Assembly (NCBI GenBank): GCA_002722615.1
Contig: PBMQ01000035.1
Coordinates: 2,460-66,459 of the forward strand
Reading direction: 5' to 3'
Origin: Methanobacteriota archaeon
GTDB lineage: Archaea > Thermoplasmatota > Poseidoniia > Poseidoniales > Poseidoniaceae
DNA: 64,000 nucleotides
The notes under the pieces: generated by a model
What the model was told of the DNA's origin: nothing
Databases searched by the model: none
What the model saw: only the letters and a program-made list of their open reading frames with translations
Position numbers and translations under genes: made by a program
In this document: positions 56,560 to 64,000 of the stretch, in pieces
How the letters are laid out: each line of letters opens with the position of its first letter
How positions within the stretch are numbered: the stretch's first letter is position 1

Positions 56560-57270
56560 ATGGAAACTGCAGACCAAACCTTCTCATTCAACAAACGACG
56601 TGCATTGGTGGGCTTGACACTTGTTGGCATTGCTCCGACCGTATCAGTCGTTACAGGATTTGGATTGAACGCAGGCCTCCTTGGATCATTGGTATTCATT
56701 TTCACCAAATTGTGGATGTTCGGATTACCCGCATTCTGGTACCTCAAGGTCGAAGGTGGTGTACGTTCCTCATCACTACCAAGTAATGGAGGTTGGATGG
56801 TCTCCACATACCTTGGATTGGGCATGGCATTTGTCATCTGTATAGCTTACTTCCTCTTGGGCGATCTTGTCTTACGTGCAGAAGATTTAGCTGAAATTCT
56901 TGAACCGTTCGGGCTTACTGTGCCATGGAAATTAGCAGTTGGAATTGTGTTTTGGATTTTCATAAATTCAGTACTGGAGGAGTATGTTTTTCGATGGTTT
57001 ATCACATCAAAACTTGAAGAGGTCGTTGGAGGTACATGGCTGCCAATATTCCTCTCGGCTGGAATTTTTACACTCCATCACACCATCGCATTAGCCTTCT
57101 TCATTGATCCACTCGGCAATGCATTAGCATCTCTTGGAGTATTCACTGGTGGCGTTATATTCTCCTGGATTTACGTGCAATATCGTAGCGTTTGGGTTGT
57201 ATGGGTCGCCCATGCCATTGCCGATGTTGCGATTTTTGCAATCGCTTGGCACCTTATTGTTGGCTTCTGA
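56560..57270 (+). CDS. CPBP (CAAX/Abi) family intramembrane metalloprotease
   Basis: Motifs SVLEEYVFRW (EExxxR), FTLHH (FxxxH) and HAIADV (HxxxD/N) in successive TM helices. Confidence 0.8.
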   Translation: METADQTFSFNKRRALVGLTLVGIAPTVSVVTGFGLNAGLLGSLVFIFTKLWMFGLPAFWYLKVEGGVRSSSLPSNGGWMVSTYLGLGMAFVICIAYFLLGDLVLRAEDLAEILEPFGLTVPWKLAVGIVFWIFINSVLEEYVFRWFITSKLEEVVGGTWLPIFLSAGIFTLHHTIALAFFIDPLGNALASLGVFTGGVIFSWIYVQYRSVWVVWVAHAIADVAIFAIAWHLIVGF

Positions 57271-58113
57271 TTACTCGTGTTTCCATTTTGGCTGCTCTCG
57301 GTTGAGATATGCCTTGACTCCGATTTCTTTATCCTCAGAATTGAATAAGTTCGCAAAGGCTTTTGCTTCTGTAGCAACACCTTCTGTCAAGCCTTCATCG
57401 AGAGCGGAACGGAGTGTTTCTTTGGCAACCCTGAGCGTATTGCTGGATTTCGTGGCAATCAAACAGGCCATGTCTAATGCCCTTTGCTTCAATTCCTCTG
57501 CATCAACAACATGGTTCACTAAACCGATGCGTTGTGCTTCCTCAGCTCCAATCATTTCTCCTGTATAGACCATTTCGAGGGCCTTGCCGTAGCCTAAAAG
57601 AGAAACGAGACGTTGGGTGCCACCGTATCCAGGGATAAGTCCGAGGTTGATCTCAGGAGTGCCGAATTTCGATCGAGTACTTGCGATACGGATGTCGCAG
57701 GAACAAGCGACTTCAAGACCACCGCCAAGTGCAAATCCATCGACCATTGCAATCGTTGGTTTACTTATGTTCCACAATGCTTCAATCGCATTATCTGTGA
57801 ATTTCACCGTGATTTCTTCACTGCCTGCACCAAGAAATTCGGTAATGTCTGCACCTGCAGCGAATGCATTTGGTTTTGCTCGCCTACCTTCCTCTGGCTC
57901 GAGAGGTTGAGCCCCGGTAATGATGATGCAGCGAACCAAATCCTCTGCCTCCCCCCAAGCGACCATTTCCTTCATCGCTGACGTAACATCTGCATTCAGT
58001 GCATTCAACTTGTTCGGGCGATTGATGGTAACTAAGGCAACAACGGTCCCATCTTCACAATCGTCAACGGTTAGGGTTTCGATGGTCAGAACATCAGATT
58101 GAGGTGGCGTCAT
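57271..58113 (-). CDS. Enoyl-CoA hydratase/isomerase (crotonase) family protein
   Basis: INRPNKLNAL, FAAGADITEF, GFALGGGLEVACSCD, PEINLGLIPGYGGTQRL. Confidence 0.9.
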   Translation of the reverse strand: MTPPQSDVLTIETLTVDDCEDGTVVALVTINRPNKLNALNADVTSAMKEMVAWGEAEDLVRCIIITGAQPLEPEEGRRAKPNAFAAGADITEFLGAGSEEITVKFTDNAIEALWNISKPTIAMVDGFALGGGLEVACSCDIRIASTRSKFGTPEINLGLIPGYGGTQRLVSLLGYGKALEMVYTGEMIGAEEAQRIGLVNHVVDAEELKQRALDMACLIATKSSNTLRVAKETLRSALDEGLTEGVATEAKAFANLFNSEDKEIGVKAYLNREQPKWKHE

Positions 58114-58207
58114 ACAAGTCGCTGGTGAAGGAAGTTCAAGAGTTCACCGATGCTTCACTTACCTGGTTCAAGCAAGCAATGAAAACCCGAAGTAAGTTCG
58201 TTGAGCC

Positions 58208-58990
58208 ATGGGCGAAGACTCGCAACCACTTGTGCGCGCAGTCGACATGGGTAAGAGGTATGGCGAATTTATCGCACTTCACCCACTCAACGTCGAGGTT
58301 TATTCCGGTGAGTTTTTTGGCGTATTTGGTCCCAACGGCGCAGGAAAGTCAACCTTCATCAAACTCTTGACTGGACAACTCCAACCATCGATTGGACAAA
58401 TCGAAGTGTTGGGCGTTGATGCAAAGCAATCCCCTCAGAAACTCAAGGCGAACATTGGGATTGTTCCCGAATCTGAATCGCCTCCGTCCTTTTTGACGCC
58501 TACGGAGTTTCTCCAATTCGTTGCACGGTTACGCGGTCTTGCCAATCTCGATGAACAGGTTGAGTATTGGCTGGATTGGTTTGGCTTGCAAGAGAAGCGC
58601 GATACAATGTGCAAGGATCTCTCCAAAGGGCAGCGACAGAAAGTTATGCTCGCTTCCGCATTTATCCACAAACCCAAACTGTTGTTTTTGGACGAACCGT
58701 TTGCAAATCTCGATCCAATCTATCAACGGAAATGCAGGGAATGGTTGCTTGATCACGTAGCAAAAGGAGGCACAATTTTCCTCTGTTCTCACGTTCTTGA
58801 GATGGCAGAACGCATGTGCAATCGTATGGCGATCATCAATCACGGTCGTGTTCTTGCTGCTGGAACGGTATCAGGGCTCAAAGAATCTGAGCAGGAAACC
58901 TTGGAAGACGTCTTCATTCGACTTGTTGGACATTCCATCGAAGAGGTTGAACGTCACACTGAGGAAGGAATTGGCACAGAGGAGGAGTGA
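58208..58990 (+). CDS. ABC transporter ATP-binding protein
   Basis: Walker A GPNGAGKST, signature LSKGQRQKV, Walker B LLFLDEP, H-loop CSHV. Confidence 0.9.
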   Translation: MGEDSQPLVRAVDMGKRYGEFIALHPLNVEVYSGEFFGVFGPNGAGKSTFIKLLTGQLQPSIGQIEVLGVDAKQSPQKLKANIGIVPESESPPSFLTPTEFLQFVARLRGLANLDEQVEYWLDWFGLQEKRDTMCKDLSKGQRQKVMLASAFIHKPKLLFLDEPFANLDPIYQRKCREWLLDHVAKGGTIFLCSHVLEMAERMCNRMAIINHGRVLAAGTVSGLKESEQETLEDVFIRLVGHSIEEVERHTEEGIGTEEE

Positions 58991-58992
58991 AC

Positions 58993-60696
58993 ATGTCCAC
59001 TTCAAGCATCATCTCACGAGATTGGGATGAGGTTATCGAGACGTATGACAACAATTCCACGCCTTCTTTGGGAACATCAGCAGGAGGCGTTCGTTTGCTT
59101 GAACCTCAGCGAGGATTTGCGGCATTTGCAACGACGTTTCGTTTCATGTTCCGAGAAGAATGGCGAGAAAACATAGATTTTGCAAAGAAGCGACAGGTCG
59201 TCTTGTTTCCTTTATTGTTAACACTGGTCACCATGGTAACAACAATTGGATTACAATTTCTTGTTGGAGATTCGGCAGCACAATCCTCGGATATGGACGC
59301 CAAATCGTTCACATGGGATCAACTGCGATTCGGATTGCATCTCCCGTTACTGTTCTTCAGTTTGGGAATGGGTACGTTCGCCTTCCGAGGGCGAGAAGCG
59401 ATTTCTCAACGAGATGGAAACAAGAACCATCTCATCGCAGCTCCTGCAATCCAACCCCTTCCAAATTCAATGGCGCATTACGCATTCTTTGCCAAGGAAC
59501 TGGTCTATTACGCTCTCCTTATCCTAACACCAATCGTTTTCGGAATGTCCCTTGGAATCGTGTTGGGTGAATTCGGTTCAGTTACAACTCCGCTTAAGTG
59601 GTCATCCCTGCCTTGGACATGGTTAGCGATGTTCACGACTATTGCCCAGGGTCTTGCCATCTCGTTTCTTGGCTCCTCCCTTTGGATGCGAGGCCGGCCG
59701 TTTACGATTTTTGGACCAATTCTCATCGTGTTTTTGGGTATTGCAGTCGGAATAGGCCTCATCGATCTAGAGCTTGGCCTTTGGGGACTTGCAATTCAAC
59801 GTGAACAAGCATTGTGGATTGCGATTGCCTCCCTTATTGGATGTGCACTGATAGGATTGGTTTCAGCGGCCCTTATTCTCGATGATTTTGAAGCAAAAGT
59901 CATTGAGCATGCTGATTTGTTTGAACCGTATTATGGCCGGATGAATTTCCTTGGTCGTGGCGAAGTACGTTTGTTGGTTGCTAAAGAATTCGTAGACTTG
60001 CGTAGGTCAGGAGCCTTGAAGAAAATGACGGTTTCGTATTCAATTCCACTTCTCGTTCTTCTTGGAATGGCTTGGCTGGTCGATTTCGCAGAGGCTCCAA
60101 TCCCCATCAATCTGCTATCCTATGCCCCGTTTCTTGGATTCTTTGGATTCAATTTTTATTCATGGTTGACAGCTCTCGACTCACCAGATTTCATGAACGG
60201 ACTTCCCTTGAGCGTCCCACAATTGATTCGAGCAAAGGTCGTGGTTTATTTCCTAGCAACCTCGTGGATTTCGCTCATTTTCCTTGTTGTTATGGCATGG
60301 CGTTTGGATGAATGGGGGGCTCTTCCGATCGGCATTATCATCATGTTTGCAAACTCGATCTACATCGTTGCCCTCACGGCGTTTTTGATGGGATTGAGAC
60401 CCAACAAGGCCATCTTCGATGGTGCAATCATGACCAAGTTTTGGATTGGAACAGTGTTCCCTCTCCTCATGCTGTTTCTTCTTTCCTTCACACAAGGAGA
60501 TACTGAATTCTACCAGAATTGGTTTTCACAAGTTCGGGAGAGCGGCCTTGATGCTGAATCGGTTACCTTCGATAGTGAACAGATGCAACAAGGGTTCTGG
60601 GGGATGCTTGGCGTTTCATTGGCCTTGATTGGTGCAAGTGGTCTTCTGTGGAAGTTGATGGACCGACGTTGGGGCAAATCGCCCTTTGATAACTAA
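58993..60696 (+). CDS. Polytopic membrane protein, putative permease partner of the ABC ATPase
   Basis: Starts 2 nt after (ATG) or overlapping (GTG 58987) the ATPase stop. At least 10 TM helices. No family motif recognised. Confidence 0.55.
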   Translation: MSTSSIISRDWDEVIETYDNNSTPSLGTSAGGVRLLEPQRGFAAFATTFRFMFREEWRENIDFAKKRQVVLFPLLLTLVTMVTTIGLQFLVGDSAAQSSDMDAKSFTWDQLRFGLHLPLLFFSLGMGTFAFRGREAISQRDGNKNHLIAAPAIQPLPNSMAHYAFFAKELVYYALLILTPIVFGMSLGIVLGEFGSVTTPLKWSSLPWTWLAMFTTIAQGLAISFLGSSLWMRGRPFTIFGPILIVFLGIAVGIGLIDLELGLWGLAIQREQALWIAIASLIGCALIGLVSAALILDDFEAKVIEHADLFEPYYGRMNFLGRGEVRLLVAKEFVDLRRSGALKKMTVSYSIPLLVLLGMAWLVDFAEAPIPINLLSYAPFLGFFGFNFYSWLTALDSPDFMNGLPLSVPQLIRAKVVVYFLATSWISLIFLVVMAWRLDEWGALPIGIIIMFANSIYIVALTAFLMGLRPNKAIFDGAIMTKFWIGTVFPLLMLFLLSFTQGDTEFYQNWFSQVRESGLDAESVTFDSEQMQQGFWGMLGVSLALIGASGLLWKLMDRRWGKSPFDN

Positions 60697-60731
60697 CAAC
60701 ATTGATGAGTCCTCGCCTCAGCGTTTCAAGC

Positions 60732-61280
60732 ATGAGTCGGGTTTTCGCTGTCTGTGGCATGCCGGGTTCAGGCAAGGGCGAATTCGCTCAAATCTTCACC
60801 AATGCAGGGATTCCAGTTCGTTCAATGGGAGACATGGTTCGCGAAGAAGTCGCTCGCCGAGAGCTCGAAGTCGTTCCAGAAGTGTTTGGTCAAGTTGCGG
60901 CCGATCTTCGACGCGAATTTGGGGAAGATGTTCTCGCAGTTCGCTTGACGGCGGCAGTGGATGATTTGCTTCAAACACATCCGTTGGTCTTGATCGATGG
61001 TCTTCGGGGTACGGCAGAATACAGTGTCTTCAAATCAACATGGGGCGAACGATTCCAATCGGTTGCTATTCATACGGACAAGGAGATTCGCTTCTCAAGA
61101 ATGATGGCCAGAGGTCGCAGTGAAGACGGTGGGACTGCCACCTTTGAGGCTCGAGACGAGCGTGAGAAAGGTTGGGGATTGGAAGAACTCATCAGCCAAG
61201 CAGATGTGCTGGTTGAGAACAACGACGATTTAATGCAATTTCAGAACCAAATTCGGTCCTGGCTGGCTACGCTCATCTGA
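60732..61280 (+). CDS. UPF0200-type P-loop nucleotide kinase (dephospho-CoA kinase/adenylate kinase-like)
   Basis: FAVCGMPGSGKGEFAQIFTNAGIPVRSMGDMVREEV resembles the archaeal UPF0200 family. Confidence 0.6.
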   Translation: MSRVFAVCGMPGSGKGEFAQIFTNAGIPVRSMGDMVREEVARRELEVVPEVFGQVAADLRREFGEDVLAVRLTAAVDDLLQTHPLVLIDGLRGTAEYSVFKSTWGERFQSVAIHTDKEIRFSRMMARGRSEDGGTATFEARDEREKGWGLEELISQADVLVENNDDLMQFQNQIRSWLATLI

Positions 61281-61357
61281 GCCTCTCGTCCTCGTTTGGC
61301 AACCAAAGGTTATAGTCGGGCGCAACCTCTCAAGGAACGTCTCGGCGGTGTTTTGTT

Positions 61358-62884
61358 ATGGCTAGGAAAAAAGGTGGGGGCGGACGAGGCCGACAAAGAG
61401 CACAACAACGTGCACAATATGACGAGCTTGACAAGTACCCTGTCATGCCTCCCCATGCCTTTGCGCGTATCGTTCGTGACAAGCGAACTCTCAACATCAT
61501 TTACCAAATCATTGAACCACCAATGACCAAGAAAGAGCAAGAACAACGTGAAGAGATTATGGACATCTTCATCCGTTCACTTACGGCCAACATCGAAGAG
61601 ATTGACGGCAACCCTGAGGCTTACCTTCGTACTGCGATGGACAAGGTCATCAAATCGTACGGAATGAAAATCACTAAGAAGTCGAAGTCCAAACTGTTCT
61701 ATTACATTCGACGTGACCTCATTGGCTACGGTCAAATGGATGTTCTGATGAATGACGCGAACGTTGAGGATATTTCCCTCGACGGAACAGGCGTGCCGAT
61801 TTTCGCATATCACCGAAAGTTCGAATCTGTTGAGACCACCTGTGTGTGGGATACGGACGATGCACTCGAATCGTACGTTATCAAACTCGCACAACGTTGT
61901 GGTAAGCACATCTCTGTTGCGGATCCGCTGCTTGACGCTACGCTGATGGACGGTTCTCGTATCGTTATGAAACTCGGTCGAGAAGTCTCGACTCGTGGTT
62001 CAGCGTTCTGTATTCGTCGGTTCAAGGATGACCCGTTCTCACCAGCGGATATTGTTGCATTCCGAACCATGTCCTCGTTGATGGTCGCATATCTTTGGAT
62101 TGCCTTCCAGAATGAAGTTCCTATGCTTTTTGTCGGTGGTACTGCTTCTGGAAAGACAACAACCCTCAATGCAATGTGTATCTTTATTCCTTGGCAAATG
62201 AAGATTGTTTCAATCGAATCCACTCGTGAAGTTAACATTCCACAACCAAACTGGGTTCCGGGTCTCACAAGACAAGGGTTCGGTGGGGAATCGAGTGAAG
62301 GTGAAATCGGGGAGTTCGAGTTGCTCAAGGCCGCGTTACGTGAGCGGCCGGAATACATTATTGTGGGTGAGATTCGTGGTGCTGAAGCATATGTTCTGTT
62401 CCAAGCAATGGCGACCGGTCACTGCGCATATTCGACAGTTCACGCAGACTCCGTTCCATCGCTCGTTCACCGATTGGAGAACAAACCGATTGACATTCCA
62501 CGAGTTCTGCTACCTGCGCTTGAAGCATGCGCAATTCAGATTCAAACTCGTATCAATGGACGACGTGTTCGACGAACAAAGCAAATTGTCGAAATTGTTG
62601 GTATCGATCCAAACTCGATGGAAGTTATCACCAACGAAGTGTTCCGTTGGGATGTCTCTTCCGACGACTTCATCTTTAGTGGAAAATCCTACGTTCTTGA
62701 GAAAATTATGGTCAAGATTAACTTCTCACAAGATGAGATGCGCCGTGAGTTGAGAACTCGTAAGCGTATTCTTGAGTGGCTTGTTCTCAACGACATTCGA
62801 AAGGCGGACCAAGTATCGCAAATCGTTACCGAATACTACGTTCGTCCAAATGAAGTTCTTGCACGTGTTGATGGTCTACGCTGA
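61358..62884 (+). CDS. Archaeal type IV pilus/archaellum assembly ATPase (FlaI/ArlI-PilB/GspE superfamily)
   Basis: IIYQIIEPP N-domain. Walker A VGGTASGKTTTLNA. Walker B RERPEYIIVGEIRG. Basic Gly/Arg N-tail MARKKGGGGRGRQRAQQRAQ. Confidence 0.9.
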   Translation: MARKKGGGGRGRQRAQQRAQYDELDKYPVMPPHAFARIVRDKRTLNIIYQIIEPPMTKKEQEQREEIMDIFIRSLTANIEEIDGNPEAYLRTAMDKVIKSYGMKITKKSKSKLFYYIRRDLIGYGQMDVLMNDANVEDISLDGTGVPIFAYHRKFESVETTCVWDTDDALESYVIKLAQRCGKHISVADPLLDATLMDGSRIVMKLGREVSTRGSAFCIRRFKDDPFSPADIVAFRTMSSLMVAYLWIAFQNEVPMLFVGGTASGKTTTLNAMCIFIPWQMKIVSIESTREVNIPQPNWVPGLTRQGFGGESSEGEIGEFELLKAALRERPEYIIVGEIRGAEAYVLFQAMATGHCAYSTVHADSVPSLVHRLENKPIDIPRVLLPALEACAIQIQTRINGRRVRRTKQIVEIVGIDPNSMEVITNEVFRWDVSSDDFIFSGKSYVLEKIMVKINFSQDEMRRELRTRKRILEWLVLNDIRKADQVSQIVTEYYVRPNEVLARVDGLR

Positions 62885-62893
62885 GGTGAATCA

Positions 62894-63913
62894 ATGGATC
62901 TAACCGCCTGGCAACGCATCTGTCATCGCCTCCTCGGTGGTGTGTTCAAGAAGCGTGCTCGTGCTGACAAGGAACTATCAGATAACCTTGTCAAAGCATC
63001 GATGCCGATGATGCCTGAGGTTTACATGGCTACAGTCTTCGTGACAACATTCGTCATTACTGCCTTAGGCATTGGATTCGTAGCCCTGTTCTTCGTTCCT
63101 GAAATCGGAGTTATCGATCTCTGGGAGAGCCAGCAAGACCCCACTACAGAAGCACCTTGCTTCGAATGGGAATATTGGTTCCCTGATCAAATTGATGAAT
63201 CGAAACCAGGAAACGGCTGTCCAGACTACAAGACCCAAGTTTTCCCACCGGTTCTCAAGGTCCTCCTCGTCACTATAGGTGGAGTGATTGTTCCGTTTGC
63301 AGCTTGGAAATTCAACAAGGGTGGAGCTCAACGTGAGGCCAAGCGTCGAGGTGACATGATTGAGAAGTATCTCCCGTACGCTGCTTCCTATACTGCTGCT
63401 ATGTCTGCAGCAAATGCAACTCCTGCCAAGATTTTCCGTTCTCTTGCTATGAACAAGGACATCTACGGTGACGTTGCAGATGATGCTGCGATGGTCTATC
63501 GTGACGTTACATTACTCGGGTACGACTTGATCACCGCGATGAAACTCAGTGTTGATCGTGCTGCTTCGGTCTGGCTTACCGAATTCTTCCAAGGAATGGT
63601 TGGTACCCTCACTGCTGGTGGCCAATTGAAACTCTACTTCTTGAACCGTGCAGAGCACTACATGCGTGAGAACAGGACACGCCTTGGGCAGTTCCTCGAA
63701 TCGATTGCTTTGCTGGCAGAATCCTACATTGTCGTCGCTGTTGCAATGCCTTTGTTCCTGATTGTTATGCTAGTCATTATGTTCTGGGTATCCGGTTCAG
63801 GTGCAGAGATGTCTGAAGGAATGCTGTACGGAATCGTCCTTGGTTTCGTTCCAATGATTCACGTTGCTTACGCTGTACTCGTGTACACCTCAAGCAAAGA
63901 ACAGGATATGTAG
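62894..63913 (+). CDS. FlaJ/TadC-like platform membrane protein (single T2SSF domain)
   Basis: 9 nt after the ATPase gene. YLPYAASYTAAMSAANATPAKIFRSLA...GYDLITAMKLSVDRAAS...GGQLKLYF fits one T2SSF domain flanked by TM helices. Only 339 aa. Confidence 0.7.
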   Translation: MDLTAWQRICHRLLGGVFKKRARADKELSDNLVKASMPMMPEVYMATVFVTTFVITALGIGFVALFFVPEIGVIDLWESQQDPTTEAPCFEWEYWFPDQIDESKPGNGCPDYKTQVFPPVLKVLLVTIGGVIVPFAAWKFNKGGAQREAKRRGDMIEKYLPYAASYTAAMSAANATPAKIFRSLAMNKDIYGDVADDAAMVYRDVTLLGYDLITAMKLSVDRAASVWLTEFFQGMVGTLTAGGQLKLYFLNRAEHYMRENRTRLGQFLESIALLAESYIVVAVAMPLFLIVMLVIMFWVSGSGAEMSEGMLYGIVLGFVPMIHVAYAVLVYTSSKEQDM

Positions 63914-63926
63914 GGGGTGACAAAAC

Positions 63927-64000
63927 TTGGCTCGAAAGAAGAAGAACAAGATTGTCGTCAACCTCGACTTGCCGAAAGACGACTCAACCATGACCAAGTT
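63927..64000 (+). CDS. Partial ORF at window edge, unknown (LARKKKNKIVVNLDLPKDDSTMTK...)
   Basis: GGGGGTGA SD 6 nt before the TTG at 63927. A second frame from the GTG at 63917 is also open, so frame and reality are uncertain. Confidence 0.25.
   Translation, partial: MARKKKNKIVVNLDLPKDDSTMTK

Noticed and set aside
1-64000. CRISPR arrays, IS elements, transposases, toxin-antitoxin or known defence genes
   Set aside because: None recognised on either strand. The only tandem repeat seen is the 27-nt Asp-coding repeat. All sizeable ORFs are accounted for by the gene list.

Overview
Archaeal chromosomal segment, about 95% coding by my own gene list (not formally computed). I call about 58 CDS and one tRNA. 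I found no rRNA, CRISPR array, IS element, integrase or prophage.

Archaeal hallmarks: thermosome, Cdc48/VAT, Alba, Bud32, deoxyhypusine synthase, an NcsA/TtuA-type tRNA thiolase, a FlaI/FlaJ-like secretion pair, tRNA-Gly with A73, and TATA-like boxes 22-30 nt upstream of several ATGs. These sit beside bacterial-type DnaK and ThrRS, an SDR-type threonine dehydrogenase, secreted M14/M17 peptidases and a 1016-aa surface protein. That mix suggests a heterotrophic Thermoplasmatota-like lineage (marine group II/Poseidoniales-like). This placement is an inference only.

The rest is mostly housekeeping: sdhA, pyrBI, pyrG, thrS, nadA, and the agmatinase / AdoMet decarboxylase / deoxyhypusine synthase block.

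Best candidate for an undescribed system (11217..14968, minus strand): a translationally coupled operon of a small Roadblock/LC7-like protein, a >1040-aa protein (Roadblock-like, PATAN-like, ~300-residue coiled coil) and a 2-TM micro-protein, with no GTPase partner in view.

Other notable loci:
- A DUF4350-DUF58-membrane operon without MoxR, directly downstream of cdc48 and a PRC-barrel gene.
- A convergent pair of large polytopic proteins with helical-repeat tails.
- An sHSP-like / DnaK / thermosome cluster without grpE or dnaJ.
- An Mrp/NBP35 homologue that has lost its CXXC motif, next to a Cys-rich DUF971 gene.
- A minimal FlaI/FlaJ-like locus.
- Eight convergent gene pairs with abutting or overlapping stop codons.

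All domain calls rest on motifs read by eye. No searches were run. In the ORF track a leading M can stand for GTG or TTG; I trimmed several starts to better supported ATG/SD contexts.
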